Shown in pieces: positions 41,000 through 54,927 of a stretch of 64,000 nucleotides of DNA. Position 1 is the stretch's first letter. Every line of letters begins with the position of its first letter. The stretch covers positions 21,948,001 through 22,012,000 of the forward strand of contig OX597817.1 in NCBI GenBank assembly GCA_951406725.2, read 5' to 3'. The DNA comes from Octopus vulgaris (taxonomy: Eukaryota). Made by a program: the position numbers and the translations under genes. The notes under the pieces are model-generated. The model did no database searches and had not been told where the DNA came from. It saw nothing but the letters and a program-made list of their open reading frames with translations.

Positions 41000-41710
41000 G
41001 GGCGACGAGCTGGTAGAATCGTTAGTACGCCAATCTAAATGCTTAGCGGCGAGTTGGTAGAAACGTTAGCACGCCGGGCGAAGTGCTTCGTGGTATTTCG
41101 TCTGCCGCTACGTTCTGAGTTCAAATTCCGCCGAGGTCGACTTTGCCTTTCATCCTTTCGGGGTCGATAAATTAAGTACCAGTTCCGCACTGGGGTTGAT
41201 GTAATCGACTTAATACCTATATCTGTCCTTGTTTGTCCCCTCTGTGTTTAGCCCCTTGTGGGTAGTAAAGAAATAGGTATTTCGTCTGCCGCTACGTTCT
41301 GAGTTCAAATTCCGCCGAGGTCGACTTTGCCTTTCATCCCTTCGGGGTCGATTAAATAAGTACCAGTTACGCACTGGGGTCGATATAATCGACTTAATCC
41401 GTTTGTCTGTCCTTGTTTGTCCTCTCTTTGTTTAGCCCCTAGTGGGTAGTAAAGAAATAGGTATCTCGTCTGTCTTTAAGTTCTGTGTTCAAAGTCCATG
41501 AAGGGCGACTTTACCTTTCCTCCTCTTGGAATTGATAAAATAAGTACCAGTTGAGTATTGAGGCCGATACAATGGACTTGCCGCTCCCACCCACCAAAAT
41601 TTGTAACTTATATTTAGTTAGAAATTAAGGGGCGAGCTGGTAGAATCGTTAACACGCCGTACCAAATGCTTAGCGTTGTTTCATCTGTCTTTATGTTGTG
41701 AGTTCAACTT
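41000..41710 (+). mobile_element. Nested/tandem cluster of family B SINEs
   Basis: Head at 41000, full copy 41047-41278, headless tandem repeat 41279-41462, remainder of an older copy 41463-41625, new head at 41628. Confidence 0.85.
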
Positions 41711-42193
41711 TCTCTCACTCTTTCTTCTGTTGGCCTGCTCGCTTAGCTAGCGGGGTGGCGTAATTTGAAGGCTAAAGCAATACAAAGCGCATTGTTGCTA
41801 CACATCGCTAGCAACATCTGATAGATTGCTCGGTCACGGGGATCACGGTGATCACTTCAGTAGAATTACATTAGGATATTGTCGGTTGATCTCAGATAGA
41901 GTTTGAACATCTGATATAGTCCACCTTCCCTTACTGCTATAAAGAAGCCGGTCTTTATGTTGTGAGTTCAACTTTGTCTCACTCTTTCTTCTGTTGGCCT
42001 GCTCGCTTAGCCAAAGGGGTGGCGTCATTTGAAGACTAAAGCAATACAAAGCGCATTGTTGCCAGCGATGTGTAGCAACATCTGATAGATTGCTCGGTCA
42101 CGGTGATCGCGGTGATCACTTCAGTAGAATTACATTAGGATATTGTCGGTTGATCCCAGATAGAGTTTGAACATCTGATAGAGTCCACCTTCC
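41687..42193. repeat. Tandem duplication with ~264-bp period
   Basis: gtctttatgttgtgagttcaacttt...gtccaccttcc at 41687-41929 and 41951-42193. Confidence 0.92.
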
Positions 42194-42678
42194 TTTAAGC
42201 AGCTGAAGCTGAGGAAACTTCTTTCCTAATCATTTGATATGCATTCTCTCTGTTACGAGCGGAATGTGCAGCAGTAGACTTTTAGACATCGCTGATCATA
42301 TTGCTAATGGAAATAAATTTCAATGAGTCTGTTGGGTTTCTAGCTAACTGAGTGCTAAGGCATTTCTTTTAGAAAGTCAGCAACTTTTTCACCTTCAATC
42401 TGTAACCTAATTGATTGTATTTGCAAAGCAAAGATATTCAAGAAATGTTGTCTGCAAACTTCGTGATGCTCGTATAGCAGTTAATAAGAACGCAATTACT
42501 GGTCAGTACACGCTAAACGGTCGTTGAGACTATTCTCCGCAGTCCTTTTTGCACGATCAGTCACATCTGGCCTGCATCAAATGTCTTGGATGCACGGTAT
42601 ATACACATATGCATCCATGCTGCACAGACATACGCACGCACATGCACTCTAACACATACAAACACGAATATATATATA

Positions 42679-42895
42679 TTTCTTTACTACCCACAAGGGG
42701 CTAAACACAGAGGGGACAAACAAGGACAGACAAAGGGATTACGTCGACTACATCGACCCCAGTGCGTAACTGGTACTTAATTTATCGACCCCGAAAGGAT
42801 GAAAGGCAAAGTCGACCTCGGCGGAATTTGAACTCGGAACGTAACGACAGACGAATTTCGCCCGGCGTGCTAACGTTTCTACCAGCTCGCCGCCT
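42679..42895 (-). mobile_element. SINE family B
   Basis: tttctttactacccacaaggggctaaacacag ... ctaccagctcgccgcc. Confidence 0.9.
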
Positions 42896-42923
42896 TATAT
42901 ATGTATATGCGTGAGTGTATGTA

Positions 42924-43014
<91 letters not shown>

Positions 43015-43352
43015 GTACATATAATGAACATTTCAAAATGCGGGCACACTTATTTCACGTTTGCGATTCAATTTCAGAAGAGGTCTTTGACAACATAATG
43101 GATGTTTATATTATGGCGTTTCCAAAATGATTATCTTTAAATGTTCTATACAAAGGTAAGCTCAAAAGAAAAATGTAAAGCATGTTAAATTAATCGTATT
43201 CATGCTACTGTTGTTGCAGCTTCTTTTGTCTTTGGTGCTGTACAGCTCCTTCAAGTACTAAACGAAAAGACTTCTCAAAAGTGTTATAACTACGGCGATC
43301 CTATATTATATTCAGACTCAGTATCTTCCCTCAACATATATATATATATATA

Positions 43353-43561
43353 TAAGTGCAAACAAGGGAGTCAGAGAAAGGCAGAATGCCACTTAAATCT
43401 GAACACTACTATAGAAATATTCTTTTAAAAAAACTTTTCTTCTAATTTTTCTAAATTTAATTATTTAATCGTTACAGTTGAAAAGGTCTCAAAATGACCG
43501 AAACCGGTACTGAAATGTTCACTATAAAATTATTTTAGCATTTTCTATTTTTTACTTGTTT

Positions 43562-43566
<5 letters not shown>
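43353..43566 (+). mobile_element. (TA)n-embedded ~215-bp element (family F) carrying a hammerhead motif
   Basis: Unique AT-rich segment bounded by (TA)n on both sides and containing the motif at 43475-43512. Confidence 0.65.
43475..43512 (+). ncRNA. Minimal type I hammerhead motif, U3-A8 compensatory core
   Basis: cag-TTGAAAA-ggtc-tcaaaat-gacc-GAAA-ccgg-TA-ctg: stem II ggtc/gacc, palindromic ACCGGT helix III, GUA triplet, short stem I cag/ctg. Confidence 0.72.
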
Positions 43567-43614
<48 letters not shown>

Positions 43615-43989
43615 GATATTTTCTTCAATGTGTTCGCCCTTCTGACTTCAGACCATATATTATGAAGGGATATTGAGAGAATACACATTGCTGTTAAGGA
43701 TCCATTCTTAAGTAAATATCACTGATGTATCCGATTCCAGTAATTGGATAAGCATTACTCATCTATCTATTTATCTGCACTCTATCATGGTTACTCTAAT
43801 ATCTCGCTTTTACTATTTTACTTGTTTCAGCCTTTAGTCGGGCAAATCGACCCCGGGACTTATTCTTTGTAAGCCCAGTACTTATTCTATCGGTCTCTAA
43901 GTGACGGGGACGTAAACACATCAGCATCGGTTGTCAAGGGGAACAAACACAGACATACAAACACATACATACATACATACATACATACA

Positions 43990-44047
<58 letters not shown>

Positions 44048-44212
44048 ATAGTTATCGCCATATAATATGGCATTCTTATAAAAATAAGAAAAAAGCTGTC
44101 CGCTTATTAGCTCCATGAGGCCATCGCCTTAAATTAGCTATTTGATACACAAACTGTATCCATATAACCTTCGAACAAGGGAGGTCAGTCGCTCCACACT
44201 ACTTGACCGGCA

Positions 44213-44254
44213 GCTACAGACGCGTTTCGGGGTATTGCCCCTTTTCAATGCAGC
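44213..44254 (-). ncRNA. Minimal type I hammerhead motif, U3-A8 core (left arm)
   Basis: Exact reverse complement of 44371-44412. Confidence 0.8.
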
Positions 44255-44370
44255 GTAGCCAGCCAGTAGGTGTCGCTTCCGACAATCTCTGTTCGATGTA
44301 TTCCACCGAAACTAGGTAAATAAAACCATCGAACAGAGATTGTCGGAAGCGACACTTACTGGCTGGCTAC

Positions 44371-44412
44371 GCTGCATTGAAAAGGGGCAATACCCCGAAA
44401 CGCGTCTGTAGC
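44371..44412 (+). ncRNA. Minimal type I hammerhead motif, U3-A8 core (right arm)
   Basis: gctgca-TTGAAAA-gggg-caata-cccc-GAAA-cgcg-TC-tgtagc: 6-bp stem I (one G-U), 4-bp stem II, palindromic ACGCGT helix III, canonical GUC; predicted cleavage after 44406. Confidence 0.82.
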
Positions 44413-45893
44413 TGCCGGTCAAGTAGTGTGGAGCGACTGACCTCCCTTGTTCGAAGGTTATATGGATACAGTTTGTGTATCAAATAGCTAACTTAAGGCG
44501 ATGGCCTCATGGAGCTAATAAGCGACAGCTTTTTTCTTATTTTTATAAGAATGCCATATTAGTATGGCGATAACTATTATTTTCCGGGAACGCTGCCGCT
44601 GTTCTATAGAGACTTAGTAATTTTAATATTTCTATTATATATATATGTATATATACGTATATATACGTATATATACGTATATACGACAGGCTTCTTTCAG
44701 TTTCCGTCTACCAAATTCACTCACAAGACATTGGTCGGCCAGAAGCTATAGCAGAAGACACTTGCCCAAGATGCCACGCAGTGGGACTGAACCTGGAGCA
44801 ATGTGGTTGGTTAGCAAGCTACTTACCACACAGCCACTCCTGCGACTGAGAATAAAATAGTAACATTTGTGTTTTATTTCCCATATATGACGAATATTAA
44901 AATACGAAATTTAAAGATAAATCCCTATAAGCATATGGATAGATAGGTACGCCGAAAAACCCTATATATTAAGCAGAATTTAGTGTTCCAAAAGATATTG
45001 GAAATGAATACTGAATAAATAAATAAATAAATAATGTATTGAACCAACATCGCCTGAGTCATGAATTTAACCTTTACTACCAGGGTGCTTTCCATGTGAC
45101 TCTTTGCATAACTTTATTCAAAATACCCGACTCAATCTCAAACCACTTGATCTCTAGGTCTTAACCTGAAGGCTTCTATTATGATACCTGAAATAGATTT
45201 TTGAGTTCCGCAAAGCTTGAGTAGAATAAATCTCTCTTCCTCTTAACTCTACACAAAACCAGAGTTAAGTACCGAATCTATGGATCAATTCTGAAGGAGG
45301 TGGACGTTAAATTTATGGTTTGATATAAGTGGAATAAGAACTGCAAGACAGTGTGGGAGAGAATATAAGATGTAAAGAAAGAAAATCTGCAGCTGTCATT
45401 GAATATATATTGATTCGATCATTTTCAATGTCAATGTGATTGATCTATAGGTTTTTATCAAAGAGAGATTCTATTTCAAAGGTTTTGTTTTCCGTATAAT
45501 GAGCTTCTTGTGTTTAACAGTTTGTGGTATGTGTGCACAAGTATTGCATCTTCTGAGTGCATAAGAATATGTACAAATATACACGCTGACATGTCTGTAA
45601 ATGTATGAATATGTAAATGTACATACATACATTTATCAAATTATCTACATATGTGTAAATAGAAAGATAGTGTGTTTATGAGACAGCGGGCGAGACAGTG
45701 AGAGAGAGAGGGAGAAAACAAAGTAAGAGCATATACATACATACAAGCATTTATATACAATTATCTATTTACTCGTGCGTGTATATTATGTACAGTCTAT
45801 ATATGAATATAAATATATATATTTATATACATATATGTGTGTGTATGTGTACCGGCTTCTCTCTCCCTCTCTCTATCTATCTGTGTGTATATG

Positions 45894-45936
<43 letters not shown>

Positions 45937-46114
45937 GGGTGAGCAGAGCATCAGTGCCCATACACACACGCACACACATATACACAGTCACACACATAAG
46001 CATACACACATAAATGCACATACATTTGCAAGCATTTATAGTTTTTCAGCATTTATATATGCGACGAGATCTGCTCTGTCTCCCCCTCTTTGTGTGTGTG
46101 TGTGTGTATGCTTG

Positions 46115-46153
<39 letters not shown>

Positions 46154-46556
46154 GGGCGCGCGCAAGAGAGAGTGAGTGCGCGTGTGTGTGTGTGTGTGTG
46201 TTTGTGTGTGTATGTTTGTGTGTCCTCGTGAGACGCGTTGCGTTTTGACTTTTTACTTCTTTCTTAAGAAGCCACTCTAAGAAATAAAAATCCATCAAAA
46301 TACTGAGTGCGTACACAATATTGAACCATAAGCGGATTTGATTCCCCTTCATCATCTTCCTTTCGATGAAATGTGATAAACTCAGATATATGTAACTGCA
46401 GGTACATATATGGTACATACACACACCTACATACATACATACATACATACATACATACATACATACATACATACATACATACATACATACATACATACAT
46501 TCATGTATGCATTCATGTATGCATACATACATGCATACTGATATATATACATGTAA

Positions 46557-46588
<32 letters not shown>

Positions 46589-46603
46589 AGAGAGAGAGAG
46601 ATT

Positions 46604-46670
<67 letters not shown>

Positions 46671-46744
46671 GTATATATATATAGATAGATAGATAATTAT
46701 AGATAAATAAGTACAGAGATAGATAGATAGATAGATAGACAGAC

Positions 46745-46808
<64 letters not shown>

Positions 46809-46809
46809 T

Positions 46810-46849
<40 letters not shown>

Positions 46850-46900
46850 TACATACACATATTTGCATGCATATATGTATAAATACACACAATATATATC

Positions 46901-46971
<71 letters not shown>

Positions 46972-47044
46972 CACACACACATATATAAACATACACATAT
47001 ATATATATACGCACATACACACACACATACAGAGAGAGGGGGAA

Positions 47045-47099
<55 letters not shown>

Positions 47100-47838
47100 T
47101 AGATAGATAGATAGATGTTTCCTCCACATGTACAAGTGAGTGTAAGTGTATGCGTGTACCTGTTTGTATTCGTTGATGACGCCCCCTTTTTGTGTGGTTA
47201 TGCTTAACAAATTACTACGTCTGTATGCATACATGCTCGGAAGTTTAAAACCAGTAAAAGCAAAGACGAATTATGCAGAACTCTTTGTAGCTATTTTCAT
47301 TTTCTCCACCACTCACAGCCCGACATTCCTTACGCAGAAACGTATTCGCAGATATGTATAAGCACATACGGTGACACGACAGGTTGACAGGAGAGAAACA
47401 TGAAAACAGTGGGGGAGTAAAATAAAGAACGTATAAACGAATATATATATACTTCCTAAAGCACAAGAAGCAATAGGTTGCTTGTATAAAGCAAAGCTAC
47501 TTACAAACTGAAAAACCGACTCATACTCGAACCTTCGCTTATCATCTGTAACTACAAAAGTTCTCAGGTTCAGGTACACAGAATATTTCACGCGTACGCA
47601 AGCACACACACAAAAACACACAAACACATACACACACTTACACACATACACACACATGCACACACACACAAACTCACACACATGCACACACAACCATACA
47701 TATACATATATATACATGTATACACACACACATATATATACTATACATATAGGAACACACATATATATACTATACATATAGGCACACACATATATCTATC
47801 TATCCATCTATCAATCTATCTATCTACGTACCTATCTA

Positions 47839-47893
<55 letters not shown>

Positions 47894-48058
47894 AACACGC
47901 ACACATACATATACATATAGTCGATTTCCCATCTTTGGAATATGTATATGCAATGTATGTGTTTATGCCTTTCAATCGACTGAAGAGAGTTACAAAAACG
48001 TCTCGCAGACCGAAAATATTTATATATTTACATATATATTTATATATATATATAAATG

Positions 48059-48124
<66 letters not shown>

Positions 48125-48260
48125 TATGTGTATGTATGCGTTTGTGGGTGTATACATATATGTATATATCTCTTATCTCATCTATCCACCTATATATACA
48201 TATATACACGCACATATATATATATTGATATATATGTGTGTTGATATAAATATATATATA

Positions 48261-48304
<44 letters not shown>

Positions 48305-48335
48305 TTTATTTAAAGCAGCAAAAATTCAACAAAAC

Positions 48336-48373
48336 CTGTTACTCTGAGTTACCCGTTGCCGTTCATCGAACAG
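48336..48373 (-). ncRNA. Decayed hammerhead-like motif next to (TA)n
   Basis: Minus strand ctgt-TCGATGA-acg-gcaa-cgg-GTAA-ctc-a-gag-TA-acag: all three helices present but core boxes mutated. Confidence 0.45.
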
Positions 48374-48679
48374 TTTTTGCTAGAATGTATGCATATATAT
48401 ACTTACAAACTTGTAAATAAATTATATATACACATGCATATACATACATATATAAATATAGACACACATTCATGCATACGTACGTAGAGTTGGTTATACA
48501 CTGGCGTAGACATTTGAATGTATACAACTACATATATATATATATATATATATATAGATTTCTCTTGAATGAAACAGTACTAGTCCTGTAGAAGCTCCTT
48601 CTATATAATAAATTAATTTTACTCTGCTATGTATTGAGTACCTTACTTACTGTGGTTAACCCCGAATCAACCCGGGACC

Positions 48680-48721
<42 letters not shown>

Positions 48722-48812
48722 GAGAGAGAGAGAGAGAAAGGGAAAGTGGTATACATGAACACATATATATATGTCTATGCATGTATATATACAGTATACA
48801 TAAAATTGTTTG

Positions 48813-48844
<32 letters not shown>

Positions 48845-48906
48845 TATATACGCATACATGTACACACATATACGTACATGCATACATTTATATATGTGTG
48901 TGTGAG

Positions 48907-48960
<54 letters not shown>

Positions 48961-50732
48961 TATACATATATACACACAGACACACATGTATATAAATACA
49001 TTAGTATATATATGTATATAACACACACGCGCGCACACACATATACACGCACACATATACATGACATGACAAAAGCAGATGTATGATCAAACTGAATGTC
49101 TTGTACGGATGCAGCAAAAGAATTAGCTTTGTGAAAGTACAATCTAATCTTTTCGTTTGAGTCCAATATTATTACTTTAAATACTTGTGTTGGAATTTAA
49201 ATCACATACAATACTCTTTCTACCTACATGCGCGTGTATATATATATATTTATGTGAAATCATTTGAACTTGCTGGTATGTTCAATTCTGTTGATTTTTG
49301 TGAGTATTTATACGTAATTCTGTATGTGTATGCGCTCTGCGCCAGTATTATATGCTTTCGTTTGCAACTGCTAGCTTCTATTTAGAATGTGCATATGCAG
49401 AGAATGCGGCAGCATCAAAAATTGAATGTCTTCTTAAAGATCAGGAGGAATATGCGAGGATTTAAAGCTGTAGTTAGAACAATGGAAGGTTAAATATAAA
49501 AGAATCTTCTTCCATACATAGCCTGCTTTAAGAATGTAATGAAACGACATGTGTAAACGTATACAGACATGTACAATTTATACATCCACAAACACACATA
49601 TAGAAATGTATACTCGTATATAGGCTGACACACAAATGCATGCACACTCGTATATACATTTACATACATATTATACACACAAGCATGCGGATGTGTATGT
49701 GAGTATGCATATATAGGTATATAGGTATGAATGTGTATGTGCTTGTATAAGAACGTTATTAAAGCAGATTTGTAAGTAATCTACTGTAAAAGAATGAAGA
49801 GAAAGAGCGAGAGAGAGATAAAGAGAGAAAGAAAGAATGAAAGAAAGAAGGATAGAGAAAGAAAGAAAGAGACAGAGAGGAACGGTAAAAGAAGGAAAGA
49901 AAAAAAAAGAAGGACAGAAAGAGGCAGGAAAAGAAAGAACTGAAGTGAAAGTAGCGAGAATTATTGAAGCAATGATGGAGTGATTGCCGTTAAACATTTT
50001 TCTAAGATGACGTTAAACTAAGATTTTGCATGCATAGCACATATAAGTGACTTTCATCTAAACCCTTGATGCATAGGCCACTAGGGGTTAAGTTGTCCGG
50101 TGTAAGGAAATCATATATGCTCGCTGTATTTTTATTTCATTTCCATGTCTTACTGCATTTTATTTTATTCTGGTAAAGGTCTTTATCAAGATAACGAAAA
50201 TAAGTTGGTATTGACATCTTGCTTTCTAATAAGACGTTTGAAGGCTAAATGTTTTTGTGAAGGGCTAACATTATTGATTGGATAAGAACCATGTAAGTTT
50301 ATATGTATTTAAGTCTCTGTGTGTACTTAATGCAAAAATTATGTACTTAGATACGTACATTTGTAGAAAAGAAAAAGACTCAAAAACAAAAGTGTGCATG
50401 TCATTACGTGTGTTTGTATGTATATATAATGTTTTTATGTAGGTATACATATATATATAATACTTTACAGCATACATGCATACATATATATACACACAAT
50501 ACTTTACATCGTTTACAGCATTTATGCAATGAAATCGCATACTCAAAACTAAGAAGTCACATGAATATTTCGACGCATTTAAAAATATCAGATTGTATTC
50601 TTTAACTGTTGACAGCATTGGTTTTATAAAATAAAATCTTTCGAAACCTGAACGAACGAATTTGGAATAAAATTACAGAATACTTGAACATCAATTTTTC
50701 TCTTTTTATATTCAATTTTTTTATTTGCTCTG

Positions 50733-50788
<56 letters not shown>

Positions 50789-51182
50789 AGGCGCGCGTGT
50801 GTTATCAGGCGCGCGCTTGTCAAAAAAGACTTGTAATGTATAAAAAGAAATTGAATTTGTGTTGTATGCATTATGTCTCCAGCCAAAATACGAATATGGA
50901 GAAAAAGAAGGAACTTGTATGACGAATAACTAGCTAGAGAGAGATGGGGAAAGACAGATCAGATGCTACCAACAGTTGTATGGATACAAGGAGAAAGGGT
51001 GCACAGAAGGCAGGCAGATATATAGAGGCAGCATGACAGACACAGACAGACACATAGACAGGTACAGAAACTCTGCGACACACTCACGACAAACTGATAG
51101 ATAGCCAGACAAACATACGAACATACAGACAGACAGACACCAACACACACAGATACAAGAAAATAGATAGATAGATAGATAA

Positions 51183-51418
51183 GTTTCTTTATTGGCCACA
51201 CAGGGCTGCACACAGATGGGACAAGTTACAAGGTAGAGCTTTTCTTTTGGGGGATGAAAAAAAAATGGTGGCGTAGGTTTTCGATCAAAAGGGATCGTAA
51301 AAGGGGAAAAAATAAAAGGAAAAGAAAAAAAGAAAAAGGGAAAGGAACAAAAGAAAAGAAAAATGAAAAAAGAAGAAAAAAGAGGAAAAAAAGGGGAAGA
51401 GGAAAAAAACGATCAATA
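51183..51418 (-). mobile_element. 3' end of Tx1/L1-like LINE in (GATA)n
   Basis: gtttctttattggccacacagggctgcacacagatgggacaagttacaaggtagagc...; GATA repeats on both sides. Confidence 0.78.
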
Positions 51419-51433
51419 GATATATATATATAT

Positions 51434-51524
<91 letters not shown>

Positions 51525-51605
51525 TGTTTCTTTATTAGCCACACAGGGCTGAACACAGAGGGGACAAATTACAAAGTAGAGTTTTTCTTTTTGGGGAGAA
51601 AAAAA
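51525..51605 (-). mobile_element. Very short 3' end of the same Tx1/L1-like LINE
   Basis: tgtttctttattagccacacagggctgaacacagaggggacaaattacaaagtagag directly after (GATA)n. Confidence 0.72.
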
Positions 51606-53146
51606 TTAAAAATAAAGAGAGAGATAGAGAGAGAGAGAGAGAGACAGACATACAGTCAGACAGAGAAAGAAAGTGATAGTGAGACAATGATAGAACATTT
51701 TGCTGCCAACGGAGAGGGACAGTGGAGTATGAAGATAAAGGATGAAAATGAAAGATAAAGTCTTGTCTAAATAGACTGAAGAGAAATCAGACCGGACCAT
51801 GTGTCCAAATGGAAACGGCAGAAAGCTTATCACGTGATCAATAGAAAACAGAAGAAAAACACAGTATTATATCGTCTGATTGTCAATTATATTTTTATGA
51901 TATGTCAGAACTGTAATTTTTATTTTGATATTGTACTTTAAACAAATATTTAAAAACAAAATTACTGCGAAAGAAACAGAATACGGTATTGTTCATAACT
52001 GACGTCACCTAATGACCCCATAAATCTAAAATATAATTGTTTGTGTGTGTAATTGTATGTAAAAGTGTGTGTATATTTGTGAATAAGGGCATGCGTGTTT
52101 AAGTTGTGTTTGGTATGTTCGTCCAATGCATACACGTGTGTTTGTGAATGTGTGGGTGAGTGTATATTTGTGAGTGACAGCGTAATTTTATGACTATATT
52201 TATAAAATAACTTATTGCTACAAACTGTTGGTAAAAGGATAGTCGTGAGATTACCTTCCCTACACAATAATAAATATATATTAAGAATAATTACCTCCGC
52301 AAATTATGGAAGAATGCTTTTACTGTAATCAAATGGTTCAATTCTAAACAATTCTACGATAAATACACGTTCAATAACATCGATAATAGCAATAACTGAA
52401 TAGCTATAACCAAAACCGTACTTCAAAACCACTTTCCTGCGTCATTCAATTTTCCCTATCTCCGAAGAAGAAACTAACATCATTTTACACACTAAGAACC
52501 CCCTAGTTTCATTCGATTCTAGTATATGCATTAAAAAGAACTCTAGCCAACGTATTCGTACCAGCTTACTGAGATAAGTGGACTTGTTACACTATTCTGT
52601 CAAAAACAATTCTACTTCACATTTCCACTATTCAATGAAGTATTGTACAAATTTGCTGACCTCTGAAATTTAATGAGCATGAACCCTGGATGCACGGAAT
52701 ATATTCAGAAAAGACATTACTGTACTATTAAAAGAGTTCATACTAGTAAAACAGATCATATATTGCCATAGATACTAAACCTTAACAAGCAGACTACTTG
52801 AATTTTGCTGTAAAGCTCAGTAATTGTCAATACACATTCAGAAGAAACCGAATGAGACTACACAATACATATATACCATATTCAACTATCCATCATCTAT
52901 AATCCTAAGTCTCACAATGTCTCACTTCGATTTACTAACTATCACACATCCGCCACATGGATACTCCTTTTGCAAGCTGAATGGACTAGAGTAAACTGAA
53001 ATGAAAAATTTTACTTAAGAACACAACGCACCACCCTCTCCAGGAATCGAAACCACTATGTTACGATAATGACTCCAACACCTGAACCACTAAACCACTT
53101 GTTTGCACATCGGTTACAGATATAAACATTCAGATATGCATGCAGG

Positions 53147-53217
<71 letters not shown>

Positions 53218-53224
53218 CTGTGTA

Positions 53225-53550
53225 TTATGTATCCATATAGGTACAGGCATGTTTATGTGGTTTAGAAACTCGATTTGACCACGTAGTTTCGGTTTCACTT
53301 CCACAGCGTGAAACTTGTAGCGTATCTTCTAATTGGACCTGTACTGACCATTGTCTTTTAAGTGAATTTAGTAGATGGAAATTGTGTGGACGTTCGTCGT
53401 GTGTGTGTGAGAGAGAGAGAGTGTGTGTGTGTATGTGTGTGTGTGTGTGTGTGTGTTTATGTATCTGATTTCTCTTCTGTGTTATTCCCCACCAACCGAT
53501 GGAAAAAGCGGTGTTGGTTTTCTACGACGCCATAACTTAATGATTCGGGG
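53225..53550 (+). mobile_element. SINE family A, old degenerate copy
   Basis: aagtgaatttagtagatggaaattgtgtggacgttcgtcg + (TG)n + cggtgttggtttt...cataactta...ttcgg. Confidence 0.55.
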
Positions 53551-54424
53551 ACAGATGATTACTTCATATGCCACTGTCTAAGAGATGCATTATCATTACT
53601 CTCCAACTATATGTGTGTATGTGTGCGTGTGTGTGTCTGTGCGTGTGGTTAGGAGAGAGGAATATATATATATTAGGTCGTCAAGTACGTAGGTATGCAT
53701 GATGTATGTACGTGCATTGTTCCATAATTTTTAAGCAAATGATAGAAAGCCACCTGGTGCAATACGTTTTATAATGAACGAATTACTTCAGTCACACACT
53801 ATTCAAAGACGCAAATATTTTATTCATCCACAAAATGGTATTGCGAAGAATACGACACCTGAAGCGTTCATGTGAAATATAGTACTTCAGAGACTCATTT
53901 CAAACTTCATTTACACTTACAAATTTACTATTTCCCATATAACTGGTGTCGATTCGCAAATATTGAAATATTGCTTGTTACAGTCGTAACGTTATTTCGA
54001 CCCAGGTCAATCCTGAATGAGCAGGCATATTGTTAATGGCTTCCAGCAATGAACCTCCCGTCTATATATTTCCCAGCACATTCAGTGGATTATTACTGTT
54101 TTTCTTTTGCTATTACGGTAGAGTTCTGATGTAAGCTAAAGAGGTTATTACTTTCAGCTTGTTATATGACCATATTAGTGGCTTCCATGATTGCTTCTTT
54201 GCTTGTGTTGATGGTGTGTCTTCGATATTTGTAATATTGAGCAATTAGTGACACTGCAAGTGGCGACTGCTTTGAAACAACCATGTTGAAAATCAATATA
54301 ATATGTCAGCCTGTTTCTTGGACCACTCAGCATTGCAGCATAGAATATGCGCCTATGGCATTCGCACATTTAACGTACAATGAATATAGGAGTGTGCATG
54401 CGTGTGTTGCTCTGCATATATAAC

Positions 54425-54472
<48 letters not shown>

Positions 54473-54651
54473 CGTGTGTGTGTGTGTGTGTGTGCAGATG
54501 TGTATGTATGCATGTGTGTGTGCGTGTGTATATATTCATGCACACACACACCCAAACACACACGTGTGTAGATGACACAAAAAATATATTAATAAATACA
54601 AATATAAAATAGATGTATATATATATGTATGTATATATATATATATGATAC

Positions 54652-54732
<81 letters not shown>

Positions 54733-54849
54733 TGTATATATATATAGTTATATATATATATATACATATATATATACATATATACATATATATATACGTA
54801 TATATATATATATATATATCATTATATATATGTATATATACATATATAT

Positions 54850-54927
<78 letters not shown>

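Larger units (their letters stand above)
44045..44580. mobile_element. 536-bp near-perfect palindrome (254-bp arms, 28-bp spacer), inverted Penelope-type pLTR pair (family G)
   Basis: 44045-44298 is the reverse complement of 44327-44580 with about 4 differences; the right copy extends ~55 bp further before (TA)n; each arm carries a hammerhead motif. Confidence 0.9.
43810..44844 (-). mobile_element. SINE family A interrupted in its internal microsatellite by the palindromic element
   Basis: Tail half 43810-43960, head half 44680-44844 (ggcttctttcagtttccgtctacc...cagccactcctgcg). Confidence 0.85.

Noticed and set aside
47976-48020. CTGAAGA-gag...ctc motif
   Set aside because: Followed by GCAG rather than GAAA and lacks stems I and III.
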